From assembly GCA_033723415.1 (NCBI GenBank), contig JAWVXD010000005.1, forward strand, positions 64,001-128,000: a DNA stretch of 64,000 nt. Reading direction: 5' to 3'. Of the stretch, positions 11,439 to 20,920 are shown piece after piece. The position numbers and the translations under genes are program-made. Below the pieces are notes generated by a model. That model did not search any database and had not been told where the DNA came from. It saw only the letters and a program-made list of their open reading frames with translations. This stretch comes from Sulfurospirillaceae bacterium. Its GTDB lineage: Bacteria > Campylobacterota > Campylobacteria > Campylobacterales > Sulfurospirillaceae. How positions within the stretch are numbered: the first letter of the stretch is position 1; each line of letters begins with the position of its first letter.

Positions 11439-11735
11439 ATGAAAAAGATAATTATGGCTACAGCTCTTGTTTTCGCAGCAAGCTCAGCAGTAATGGCAGC
11501 AGACACAGATGTTAATGTTGCAACGTGTAAAGGTTGTCATGGACAAAACTTCGAGAAAAAAGCACTTGGTGTATCAAAAATTGTAAAAGATATGACTCAT
11601 GCAGAAATTGCAACTGCACTTAAAGGATATAAAGCTGGTACTTTCGGTGGCGCTATGAAAGGTGTTATGAAAGGTCAAGTATCTAAATATTCTGATGACG
11701 ATTTAGTAGAATTTTCAAAAACAGTAGGTAAGTAA
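11439..11735 (+). CDS. Monoheme cytochrome c553
   Basis: Signal peptide, CKGCH heme motif, distal Met (MKGVM); SD AAGGA before ATG 11439. Confidence 0.92.
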   Translation: MKKIIMATALVFAASSAVMAADTDVNVATCKGCHGQNFEKKALGVSKIVKDMTHAEIATALKGYKAGTFGGAMKGVMKGQVSKYSDDDLVEFSKTVGK

Positions 11736-11743
11736 TTTACTTT

Positions 11744-11763
11744 GGCGGGTATACCCGCCTTTT
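11744..11763 (+). terminator. Rho-independent terminator after cytochrome c553
   Basis: GGCGGG-TATA-CCCGCC followed by TTTT. Confidence 0.75.
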
Positions 11764-11819
11764 GCATACTTTGTCTTTGCCCAAAAGCAATTCTCCACAT
11801 TTTGCAAGGAGATACAAAA

Positions 11820-12116
11820 ATGAAAACTCTCATTTTTTTATTTTTTATTTTTACAAGTACTTCACTTTTTTCATATGATGGCGCTGTTATTTTTAACAAA
11901 TGTGCAAAATGTCATGGCATAGACGGGAAACATAAAGCTTTCGGTAAATCTGCAAAGATAGCCGGTGCACCGGCAAAACAAACTATTGCAGTATTAGAAA
12001 TATTTAAAAATATGTCTAGAGTAGATAAATTTGCAAAAGTCATGAATAAAGAAGTTTCAAAACTAAACGAAGAGCAGATAAAAGCAGTAGCAGAATATAT
12101 CTCAAAACTAAAATAG
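11820..12116 (+). CDS. Second monoheme cytochrome c (c553-like paralog)
   Basis: SD AAGGAG before ATG 11820, signal peptide, CAKCH, C-terminal IKAVAEYISKL. Confidence 0.88.
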   Translation: MKTLIFLFFIFTSTSLFSYDGAVIFNKCAKCHGIDGKHKAFGKSAKIAGAPAKQTIAVLEIFKNMSRVDKFAKVMNKEVSKLNEEQIKAVAEYISKLK

Positions 12117-12117
12117 T

Positions 12118-12354
12118 CTAATCAGGCGGTCCATATCCTTTTTCTTTTGCCTTTCTTTCTTTTATATTCTTTTTTCTTTCTTCCAACATAACAGCATCCT
12201 GCAAAGATTCCTCATCATCATATAAAGCTCCATCCAGAAATTTATTTTGATCATCAAATTGACCTGTTCTTAAACCCCAAATAAGTGCCCAAAGTCCAAA
12301 AGCTCCAAGCGTTATAGATGCCCCAAGCATCATGGCTATAACCCAACTGTTCAT
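12118..12354 (-). CDS. ccoS: cbb3-type oxidase assembly protein CcoS
   Basis: TM helix followed by WGLRTGQFDD; downstream of ccoI. Confidence 0.93.
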   Translation of the reverse strand: MNSWVIAMMLGASITLGAFGLWALIWGLRTGQFDDQNKFLDGALYDDEESLQDAVMLEERKKNIKERKAKEKGYGPPD

Positions 12355-12468
12355 ATTAACTGTCTCCTTTAACTTGGGACAGGTTCCAAGTTAAATTCCT
12401 CTCACTAAAGCTTCGCCCTTGGCGAGAATTTTTCATTAACTGTCTCCTCCAACATTTAGTATGATCAT
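12355..12468 (-). repeat. Dispersed ~80-bp double-hairpin repeat, copy A, with translationally coupled mini-ORFs at 12436-12468 (MIILNVGGDS) and 12356-12436 (MKNSRQGRSFSERNLTWNLSQVKGDS)
   Basis: Direct repeat ATTAACTGTCTCCT at 12355 and 12435; perfect 10-bp inverted repeat 12368-12377/12386-12395; 61/81 nt identical to 18769-18849. Confidence 0.9.
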
Positions 12469-14885
12469 TATTTTCTTTTTGGTGTCTTAATCATATTGAT
12501 TCTCATAGAATTTCCTACAACTATCAATGAACTAAGTGACATTGATAAAGCTGCAAACAGCGGAATCACATATCCTGCCATAGCAAGTGGTATCGTTATA
12601 GCATTATACAAAAATGATAACAATAAATTTTCTTTAACGATACGAAATGTCCTCTTTGAGATCAAGAATGAGTAATACAGTGACTCAAATGAATTATTTA
12701 TAAGTACGACATCACTTACATTTAGAGCTATATCAGCCCCACTACCCATAGTTATAGCTATCTCACTTTTTGAAAGTGCCAAAGCATCATTGATCCCATC
12801 TCCTACCATGACTACTTTTTTACCGTTCTTTCTAGCCTCTTCTATTATATTAGCTTTCTCTTGAGGCAGTAAAGAAGCATAAAATTTTTCTATTCCTACT
12901 CTATTGCATATTTTTTTTGCCACTTCCTTATTGTCTCCTGTCAGCATAATCACTTCTACACCTAAGTGTTTGATATTTTCTATGCTCCAAGCAGCATCTT
13001 CTCTTGGTATATCTTCTAATGCAAAAACTGCCACTACTTCATTATTGATTGCAAAGTAGTATTGACTAAAATCTTCAAAACTGCTATTACATTTTATACC
13101 ATTTTCAGATAATAAACTCATGCTGCCACCATAAAGTGTAGCTCCTTCATAAGTGGCTTTTATGCCTTTTGCTTCGATATTTTTGATGTTTTGCAAGTCT
13201 TTTATTTTAAATTTTTCTTCCTCAAAATATTCTGCTATCGCTTTACTTATAGGATGAGTAGAATTTTTACTTAGAGAATATAAAAGCGATCTGTCAAAAT
13301 CTTTTAAATATACTTTATCCACAATTTTGGGTTTCCCGGAAGTTATAGTACCGGTCTTATCCAACATCAATACGTCACATTTCGCCATAGTTTCTAGAAA
13401 TGAAGCTTCTTTAAATAGGATACCTGATTTAGCAGCCATCCCAAGACCAACAAGCGTAGAAACTGGAGTTGCCAATCCAAGAGCGCAAGGACATGCTATG
13501 ACTATAACAGAAATTGCAACTATTAAAGAGCGCTCAAAAGGTTCTCCGCCAAAATACCAAAATAGTAAAGTTCCAATAGAGAGTAATAAAATAATAGTAG
13601 AGAAGTAACCAGATACGATATTTGCTAGCTTTTCAATTTGTGGTTTCTTATTCATAGAATCTTCTAATAACGAAGTTATTTTACTCAATACCGAAGAATT
13701 GACATCACATATCGCACGATATCTAAAAACAGTATCTAGCGCGATATATCCACTTAGTATCTTATCTCCTGTCTTCAAAAAAACAGGTGTAGATTCTCCT
13801 GTCAAGCTTGAAGTATCAAATGAAGATTCACCGTCAATAATAACGCCGTCAATAACAATTTTTTCACCGGCCTTTACTTCTAATATATCTCCTGTTTTAA
13901 CTTCTTCTACACCTAACAATATCTTTTCATCGTTTTTTATGACCAATACTTCCGTAGGGACTGAGCTGTTAAAACTGTCCAACCTGTCTACAGCCTTTTT
14001 CTTTGATAAAACTTCTAAATATTTTCCTGCAAATACAAAAGTTATGATCATAGTCACAGAATCAAAATAAACTTCTCCTTTTTGAGAAAACATCGCATAT
14101 AAAGAGTATATATAAGCTGAAGTTGCACCTGTTGCAACTAGAATATCCATATTTACATATTTGTTCTTTATCCCGTAATATGCACCTTTAAAATACACCG
14201 AACCCGTGTAAAAAAGAGTTGGTGTTGCTAGTACGAATTCTGCAAAATTCAAGATGTTTTTTATTTCGAGTTTCATGCCTGTAAAATAACCTGCATATTG
14301 AGCTATTGCGATCCACATGATATTCATAGTAGTGAAAACGCCGACCAATAATCTAGCGTAATAATCACGTCTAGTACTATTTGCCTGAATCTCCTGCATG
14401 CTAGGATCATAAGGGTATGCATTGTAGCCGATGTTCCTGATAGTAAGTATGATTTCTGAGAGTTTTATAGTGTCCGGATCCCAAACGATTTTTGCTTTAT
14501 TGTTTGTTTGATTAATGCTTGCTTCTACTATACCATCTTTTTGATGCAATACTTTTTCGTTAAGCCAGACACAAGCGGAGCAGTGAATTCCTTCTATAAT
14601 GAGATAAATCTCATAAAATCCGTCTTTATTTTTTATATATTTTTTGTTAAAACCTTCTAGATCAAATTTTTCAACTTCACCAAGATCTTCTTTTGGTGGT
14701 TCAAGTTCAGTATTTCCGACTCTTTTATAAAAATCATCCAAACCTTCACTTTTCAGAAGATGGAAAACTCCTTGACAGCCTTTGCAGCAAAAATATTTTG
14801 TTGAATCTTCAAAACTGCTGTCTTTAATCAATACCTTTTCGTCAAATTCAAGATGACAATGGTCACAGCGTCTTTTTTGCATCAA
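12468..14885 (-). CDS. ccoI: Heavy-metal P1B-type ATPase CcoI/FixI (copper supply for cbb3 oxidase)
   Basis: N-terminal CxHC...FCCxGC domain, HCSAC, TGES, CPC, DKTGT, GDGIND; adjacent to ccoS. Confidence 0.9.
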   Translation of the reverse strand: MMQKRRCDHCHLEFDEKVLIKDSSFEDSTKYFCCKGCQGVFHLLKSEGLDDFYKRVGNTELEPPKEDLGEVEKFDLEGFNKKYIKNKDGFYEIYLIIEGIHCSACVWLNEKVLHQKDGIVEASINQTNNKAKIVWDPDTIKLSEIILTIRNIGYNAYPYDPSMQEIQANSTRRDYYARLLVGVFTTMNIMWIAIAQYAGYFTGMKLEIKNILNFAEFVLATPTLFYTGSVYFKGAYYGIKNKYVNMDILVATGATSAYIYSLYAMFSQKGEVYFDSVTMIITFVFAGKYLEVLSKKKAVDRLDSFNSSVPTEVLVIKNDEKILLGVEEVKTGDILEVKAGEKIVIDGVIIDGESSFDTSSLTGESTPVFLKTGDKILSGYIALDTVFRYRAICDVNSSVLSKITSLLEDSMNKKPQIEKLANIVSGYFSTIILLLSIGTLLFWYFGGEPFERSLIVAISVIVIACPCALGLATPVSTLVGLGMAAKSGILFKEASFLETMAKCDVLMLDKTGTITSGKPKIVDKVYLKDFDRSLLYSLSKNSTHPISKAIAEYFEEEKFKIKDLQNIKNIEAKGIKATYEGATLYGGSMSLLSENGIKCNSSFEDFSQYYFAINNEVVAVFALEDIPREDAAWSIENIKHLGVEVIMLTGDNKEVAKKICNRVGIEKFYASLLPQEKANIIEEARKNGKKVVMVGDGINDALALSKSEIAITMGSGADIALNVSDVVLINNSFESLYYSFLISKRTFRIVKENLLLSFLYNAITIPLAMAGYVIPLFAALSMSLSSLIVVGNSMRINMIKTPKRK

Positions 14886-14995
14886 ACCTATACCTTATTA
14901 ACAAAAACTATATGCGTAATTATATCGTGACTTTCTAAATTATAACTGACCTTATGGCATCAAAAATTCTACCTACTCTAAACTATTGAAACTTC

Positions 14996-15024
14996 TTGAC
15001 AAAAAACCTACATTATTATAAAAT
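14996..15024 (+). promoter_or_regulatory. Sigma70-type promoter of rho
   Basis: TTGACA (14996-15001), 17-nt spacer, TAAAAT (15019-15024). Confidence 0.75.
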
Positions 15025-15156
15025 TACGGTTACATTAGCAAGAGCACTTCGCTCTTATAAAGTCACTACAAAAAGCAACTATACTTCTCATTTTAGTTCA
15101 ACGGACCAACAGGAGAGGTATGCTTCAAAAAACATTAACTACAAAAAGAAGGCAAA

Positions 15157-16494
15157 ATGAATAATAATTCTTCCTCAGAGAACCAAAAACCAAAAAGCAA
15201 TGGAAATTATCGTAAATCAAGAACACATGTACCTGTTGAAGGTTACAAAATAGAAAACTTAAGAAGTATGGAACTTGATAAACTTGTAGAAATAGCAACT
15301 GAACTCAATGTTGAAAATCCAAATGAACTAAAAAGACAAGATTTAATGTTTGAGATATTGAAATCTCAAGTCAATAAAGGTGGTTTCATCCTATTTACAG
15401 GGATATTAGAGATAACTCACGAAGGATATGGCTTTTTACGAACGACTGACACAAATTTTAGTGACAGTGCAAATGATGCATACGTAAGTGCTACACAAGT
15501 AAAGAAATTCGCATTAAGAAACGGCGATATAGTGACAGGACAAGTAAGACAACCAAAAGATCAAGAAAGATACTATGCTCTTTTAAAGATTGAAGCTATC
15601 AACTATCTTCCTATGCAAGACAGTAGAAAAAGACCTCTTTTTGAGAATCTAACACCTGTTTATCCTACAGAATGCATCAAAATGGAATATGACAAGATGA
15701 AGATCACCGGCAGAGTGTTAGATTTATTTACCCCTATAGGAAAAGGTCAGAGAGGACTTATCGTAGCACCTCCTAGAAGCGGGAAAACAGAGCTTATGAA
15801 AGAGTTGGCAAACGGGATCTCTTTTAATCATCCGGAAATCGAACTCATAGTTCTCTTGGTAGATGAAAGACCGGAAGAAGTTACAGATATGCAAAGAAGC
15901 GTAAATGGAGAAGTATATAGCTCAACTTTTGATATGCCGGCCTCTAATCATGTAAGAGTTGCAAACCTAGTCATAGAAAAAGCAAAAAGAAGAGTTGAGA
16001 TGGGCAAAGACGTAGTAATACTTTTAGACTCAATCACCAGACTCGCTCGTGCATACAATACCGTAACACCTTCAAGCGGGAAAATACTAAGCGGAGGTGT
16101 GGACGCAAATGCCCTACATAAACCAAAAAGATTTTTCGGTGCAGCAAGAAACATAGAATTCGGAGGAAGTTTAACTATCATCTCAACAGCACTTATAGAA
16201 ACAGGCAGCAGAATGGATGAAGTTATTTTTGAAGAGTTTAAAGGAACAGGAAATAGTGAAATCGTGTTGGATAGAAATATTTCTGATCGAAGAATTTATC
16301 CAGCTATAAATATAATGAAATCTGCAACAAGAAAAGAAGAGTTGCTAGTTAATCCTGAAACATTACAAAAGATATGGGCTATAAGATCGGCTATCTCTCA
16401 AATGGAAGATATAGAAGCTCTCAAATTTTTATACTCTAAAATGTTGAAAACAGATAATAATGCAGAATTGCTTTCAACCATAAACGAAAGTTAG
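15157..16494 (+). CDS. rho: Transcription termination factor Rho
   Basis: [29 protein letters not shown] and EEFKGTGN motifs. Confidence 0.98.
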   Translation: MNNNSSSENQKPKSNGNYRKSRTHVPVEGYKIENLRSMELDKLVEIATELNVENPNELKRQDLMFEILKSQVNKGGFILFTGILEITHEGYGFLRTTDTNFSDSANDAYVSATQVKKFALRNGDIVTGQVRQPKDQERYYALLKIEAINYLPMQDSRKRPLFENLTPVYPTECIKMEYDKMKITGRVLDLFTPIGKGQRGLIVAPPRSGKTELMKELANGISFNHPEIELIVLLVDERPEEVTDMQRSVNGEVYSSTFDMPASNHVRVANLVIEKAKRRVEMGKDVVILLDSITRLARAYNTVTPSSGKILSGGVDANALHKPKRFFGAARNIEFGGSLTIISTALIETGSRMDEVIFEEFKGTGNSEIVLDRNISDRRIYPAINIMKSATRKEELLVNPETLQKIWAIRSAISQMEDIEALKFLYSKMLKTDNNAELLSTINES

Positions 16495-16560
16495 AAAAAA
16501 TAATTTTTTTATAATTTGTTTTAAGATATACTGTATATTATTACTAAAAGAGGTTGAAAA

Positions 16561-18201
16561 TTGTCACAAGTACTTGCATTAAAATATCGTCCTAAATCAT
16601 TTGAGCAACTTATTGGTCAAAACTCTGTCACGCAAACTCTATCTCTTGCTCTAAATCAAGACAGGTTATCTCATGCTTATCTTTTTTCGGGGCTACGAGG
16701 GAGCGGTAAAACTTCAACTGCAAGAATTTTTTCAAAAGCTCTTATTTGTGAAAAAGGGCCAAATTCAACACCATGTGATGTATGTGAAAATTGTCAGATG
16801 GCAAATGAAAACAGACACATCGACATAGTAGAAATGGATGCTGCAAGTAGCAGAAAGATTGATGATATCAGAGAACTGATTGAGCATACTAAATACAAAC
16901 CCAATATAGCAAGATATAAAATATTTATAATAGATGAAGTTCATATGCTCACAAAAGAGGCTTTTAATGCCCTTTTAAAGACTTTGGAAGAGCCTCCTTC
17001 TTATATTAAATTTATATTAGCTACGACAGATCCTATGAAACTTCCACCAACTATACTATCAAGAACTCAACATTTTAGATTTAAGCAAATTGGCGAAAAA
17101 GATGTTGTAAATCACTTATCACATCTGCTAAATTTAGAAAATATAAGTTATGAAATAGAGGCTTTGCATATGTTAAGCCGTGCAGGAAATGGCTCGCTAA
17201 GAGATACACTGACCTTGCTAGATCAAGCTATTATTTTTTCTAAATCTGATATAACTGCACCTAGTCTGGCTTCTATGCTAGGTCTTCTAGACCCTAAGCA
17301 ATTAGAATACATATTTGATGCTATTTTGTCTAAAGATAAAGACAAGATTCTATCAATTTTAAGAGAGTTAGAAAACTATGAGTGTGAAGTTGTCTTAGAT
17401 GAGCTTATAGCATATCTTAAAACAGCATTTTTTGAGCAAGACAGTAGATTTTCTATCTTGCTGAGTGAAAGATTTTTTAGAATTTTAAGTGAAGCAAAAA
17501 ACTTGCTGTATATAAATGCCGACAATATTTTTATACTCTCTTTAGTATTTTTCAAGATGATAGAAGCAACAAATATAAAAACTATAGATGATATGATAGA
17601 AGAGTTAGAAAATGAAAAATTTAGACATCCTATGCAAAAAGAAGAATCGACCATAACATCAGATATTCCCGTTGCCGCTACACCAAAAGAAGAAAAATCT
17701 GATATAACGCCTCAAAATCATTTTGCCAGACTGATAACTTTATTGAAAGATCGAAATCTAGATACAGGAAACTGTTTTGAAAGATATATAACATTTATCA
17801 GTTTTGAAGATGAGACTCTGACTTTAAGCTCTAATGCAAGCGAAGATTGCAAAAAAATGCTAAGACATGCGACTAGCATCATAAAGCACTTTGTTCAAAA
17901 TGTTTATGGTATAAATACTACCATCAAAATGGTACAAGGAACTCCAAAAGAAGATCTGTCTGAAGAGCAGCATGAACCTCAAGAACAATTTGAAAGTTCA
18001 CAAGAACAGACTCTGCCTCCAAAGGAAGATGAGAATAACACACTCAACAATCAAGAAGATAATTCAGGAAGCTGTGTTGCAGGTCATGTCATGAGCGGAA
18101 AAGAAGAGATAGATGCAAAAGAAATTTTGAATAATCCCTTTATAAAAAAAGCAACCGAACTGTTTGATCCTAAGAAAATAGAGATCCATCCAAAGATCTA
18201 G
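16561..18201 (+). CDS. dnaX: DNA polymerase III subunit gamma/tau
   Basis: LALKYRP, GLRGSGKT, Zn-binding Cys cluster, DEVHML and SRTQ motifs. Confidence 0.96.
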   Translation: MSQVLALKYRPKSFEQLIGQNSVTQTLSLALNQDRLSHAYLFSGLRGSGKTSTARIFSKALICEKGPNSTPCDVCENCQMANENRHIDIVEMDAASSRKIDDIRELIEHTKYKPNIARYKIFIIDEVHMLTKEAFNALLKTLEEPPSYIKFILATTDPMKLPPTILSRTQHFRFKQIGEKDVVNHLSHLLNLENISYEIEALHMLSRAGNGSLRDTLTLLDQAIIFSKSDITAPSLASMLGLLDPKQLEYIFDAILSKDKDKILSILRELENYECEVVLDELIAYLKTAFFEQDSRFSILLSERFFRILSEAKNLLYINADNIFILSLVFFKMIEATNIKTIDDMIEELENEKFRHPMQKEESTITSDIPVAATPKEEKSDITPQNHFARLITLLKDRNLDTGNCFERYITFISFEDETLTLSSNASEDCKKMLRHATSIIKHFVQNVYGINTTIKMVQGTPKEDLSEEQHEPQEQFESSQEQTLPPKEDENNTLNNQEDNSGSCVAGHVMSGKEEIDAKEILNNPFIKKATELFDPKKIEIHPKI

Positions 18202-18202
18202 A

Positions 18203-18769
18203 TCATACTTTTACTCTTAAATCCATAGCTTTTGACAAAGATAAGATATCTACATTTTCAAGATGAACGCCCGTAGGAACACCTTGTGCAATTTTCGTAA
18301 AAGATAAAGACATATCTTTAAGATTATCTTCTATATGCATAATCACAACATCATTCGAAAGTGATGGTGTCAATGCAAATATAATTTCTTTAACTCCATC
18401 TTTAGCTATAGTTTTTAGATGATCTATACTATCCGGTTCTACATTTTCTAATACAAAATATTTTCCGTCATATAAGTTATACTCTTCTAATACCAATATA
18501 TCTTTTGCATTTTCTACTATGCAAATCTTTGTATTGTCACGTTTTTCATCCAGACATATCTCACATATCTCGTTTTCACTTAATGCCCCGCAATTTTGAC
18601 ATTTTTTGATTGATTTGACAGCAATTTCTATTGAATTTGCAAGCTTCATAGCCAAGAAAGTATCATTTAATACTAAGTGATACGCATATCTCATAGCCGA
18701 CTTTTTGCCAACAGTCGGTATAGATTGAAATGCTTCTACTAGATTATTGAATTTTTCTAATTGTTTCAT
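18203..18769 (-). CDS. recR: Recombination mediator RecR
   Basis: PTVGKKSA HhH, C4 zinc finger, ICIVE and AQGVPTG motifs. Confidence 0.95.
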   Translation of the reverse strand: MKQLEKFNNLVEAFQSIPTVGKKSAMRYAYHLVLNDTFLAMKLANSIEIAVKSIKKCQNCGALSENEICEICLDEKRDNTKICIVENAKDILVLEEYNLYDGKYFVLENVEPDSIDHLKTIAKDGVKEIIFALTPSLSNDVVIMHIEDNLKDMSLSFTKIAQGVPTGVHLENVDILSLSKAMDLRVKV

Positions 18770-18983
18770 TAACTGTCTCCTTTAGTTTGGAACTCGTCCC
18801 GAACTAAATTCCTCGCACTAAAGCTAGCGCTTTGCGCAGAGTGTTTCATTGTCTGTCTCCTTTAACTTGGAACTCGTCCAAAGCTAAATTTCTCGTACTA
18901 AAGCACAAAACAGAAGTTTCTGTATCGCTATTTTCTATAATTTGAAAAAGCGCAGGAGTTGAATTTTTGTCTATTTTTTTCAT
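18769..18983 (-). repeat. Tandem copies B2 (18769-18849; MKHSAQSASFSARNLVRDEFQTKGDS) and B1 (18846-18983; 45 codons, 3' part homologous) of the double-hairpin repeat
   Basis: 80-bp period (CTGTCTCCTTTA at 18773 and 18853); homologous to 12356-12436; mini-ORFs overlap their neighbours via ATGA/TAATG. Confidence 0.9.
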
Positions 18984-20212
18984 GTAAGTATCTTAAATTG
19001 GTGTATTTTTATTTCTTCAGAGTAACTGTACTCTAGAGAAAAATCATGTAATTCTACTATATTTTTAACAATATAAAGACCCAAACCTAAGCCTTTGTCC
19101 ATATTACCGGAAACAAATGGCTTGAAGTATTCTTCTATGGCTAGAGAAAGTTTTTCTCCTCTATTTTCAAAAATTATGGCATTTTTTTCGCTTCTTACCT
19201 TTACTTGGTGATCAGGACTGTGCTTTATAGCATTATCCATCAAATTTTTCATAGCCAAAGCAAGTAGTTCAAAATCTGCCCACAGTATCATTTCATCCTG
19301 AACATCTACTATAACATGTTCATCTCTTTTTTCATTTTCCAACATCAACAGATCAATTCCATGTTCTAGAATATAAACAAGATTATATCTTTGAAAATTT
19401 GGAGTGTAGCTTTTGGACACAAGCTGTTCAATTTTGGCAAATTCGCTTATAAGAATGTCTAGTCTCTCAAATATCTTGATCAATCTGTTTTTAGATTTTT
19501 CATCTTCCAGCATTTCGGAAACGATTCTGCCTTTACCTATGGGTGTCTTTAACTCATGCATAATAGTTCTCAAAAAAAGTTGCCTTGAAGCCATCAGGGC
19601 AGATATTTTCTTCACAGCTCGATCAAATTCATTTGCAACCTCAGCTATCTCGTCATCTTGATCACTTTTACAATCAACACTCATATTTCCACTTGCAAAC
19701 TCCCGTATTTTCAAACTTAGTTCTTTAAGCGGTGAGATACTTCGCAAGATTGAAGCATACATCAATATAAAGATAATCAAGGCAATCGCAAAACCAATCC
19801 AAAGCTGCTTATCACTACTTTTTATATTACTAGTGCTTTCTAGCAATATATTAGTCATGATATTTTCGATAAAAAGATAGTATTTGTCGTTGTATTCTAT
19901 AGATGTAAATCTATTTAGATTTATGGATTTTCTGTAAATTATAGTTCCTTGATCTAAAACTGCTTGCTTTAGATTGGGATTATCAACCTTTTTGAGATCA
20001 AAAGTATGAAAATACTCTTCTATATTTCGTGGAGTATAGTTATTGCGATAGAGAGTAAAAAGATAATTTATAGATTGAAATTGTCTTTGTTTCATACGTT
20101 CAGTGTTGATTTCTTCTTGATATTTCAGCAAAAGGATAAAAAACATACCAAGGAGAACAAGAGAAAAAACAAAAATGATGGTAATTTTGGTGCTTAGTGA
20201 TTGTTCTTTCAT
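18980..20212 (-). CDS. racS: Sensor histidine kinase (RacS/ArsS family, HAMP domain)
   Basis: Two TM segments, HAMP, MHELKTP H-box, NLMDNA and GLGLGL motifs; dnaJ-RR-HK-recR order matches C. jejuni racRS. Confidence 0.8.
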   Translation of the reverse strand: MKEQSLSTKITIIFVFSLVLLGMFFILLLKYQEEINTERMKQRQFQSINYLFTLYRNNYTPRNIEEYFHTFDLKKVDNPNLKQAVLDQGTIIYRKSINLNRFTSIEYNDKYYLFIENIMTNILLESTSNIKSSDKQLWIGFAIALIIFILMYASILRSISPLKELSLKIREFASGNMSVDCKSDQDDEIAEVANEFDRAVKKISALMASRQLFLRTIMHELKTPIGKGRIVSEMLEDEKSKNRLIKIFERLDILISEFAKIEQLVSKSYTPNFQRYNLVYILEHGIDLLMLENEKRDEHVIVDVQDEMILWADFELLALAMKNLMDNAIKHSPDHQVKVRSEKNAIIFENRGEKLSLAIEEYFKPFVSGNMDKGLGLGLYIVKNIVELHDFSLEYSYSEEIKIHQFKILT

Positions 20213-20889
20213 CCTACTAACTTATAACCAATCCCTCGCACAGAGTGTATATATATAGGCTTTTTCGAGCTATCTCCGATCTTGCTTCGGAGTCTTCCCA
20301 TGATAACATCTAAGCTTTTACTTCCTTTATCTTTAAGTGAGCTGCAATTGTAAACCAGCTGCTCTCTTGATATAGAAAAACCGTTTTGTTTTATCATGTA
20401 TGATAATATTTCATATTCTGCAGGTGTTAAATTCAATGCTTCTTCTTTGAGGAATATCTGATGCCTTTTCTCATCAACTCTAAAATCACTATCTACATTT
20501 GATCCTACAGTTTCTGTTGTATTTGTTGATTTTTTATATCGTCTGATTAAACTTTGAATTCTCGCATACATCTCTTTTGGATCATAGGGTTTTGGCAGAT
20601 AATCATCAGCCCCTATCTGTAGTCCTATAACTTTGTCACTTATGTCGCTTCTTGCAGAAGAGATGATGATAGGGATATCATATTTTTCTACAACTTCCTT
20701 GCATACTTCCAATCCATCAATACCAGGCAATGTCAAATCCAATATTAAAAGATCATATTTTTTGATTCCGGCACTCAAACCAAGATAAGGATCTTCATAA
20801 TTTGTTATTTTAATATTGTATTTCGCTAAATATTCACTCAAAATCTCCGCAAATTCCGTGTCGTCTTCAATCATAAGAACATTTATCAT
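20209..20889 (-). CDS. racR: OmpR-family response regulator (RacR-like)
   Basis: IEDD, LDLTLP, GADDYLPKP and VRGIGY motifs; SD AGGTG before ATG 20889. Confidence 0.82.
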   Translation of the reverse strand: MINVLMIEDDTEFAEILSEYLAKYNIKITNYEDPYLGLSAGIKKYDLLILDLTLPGIDGLEVCKEVVEKYDIPIIISSARSDISDKVIGLQIGADDYLPKPYDPKEMYARIQSLIRRYKKSTNTTETVGSNVDSDFRVDEKRHQIFLKEEALNLTPAEYEILSYMIKQNGFSISREQLVYNCSSLKDKGSKSLDVIMGRLRSKIGDSSKKPIYIHSVRGIGYKLVG

Positions 20890-20920
20890 GTGGTCACCTA
20901 TCGTATAATTTTTCACAACA

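Noticed and set aside
14940..14965. FNR-like box upstream of ccoI
   Set aside because: Only one TTGAT half-site; no TTGAT-N4-ATCAA.
16561..18201. Programmed -1 frameshift in dnaX
   Set aside because: I found no in-phase A AAA AAG with a downstream hairpin at the expected position; short A runs are common in this AT-rich DNA.
18770..18904. Tandem repeats as a CRISPR array
   Set aside because: The unit is about 80 bp and homologous along its length, with no unique spacers and no cas genes in the window.
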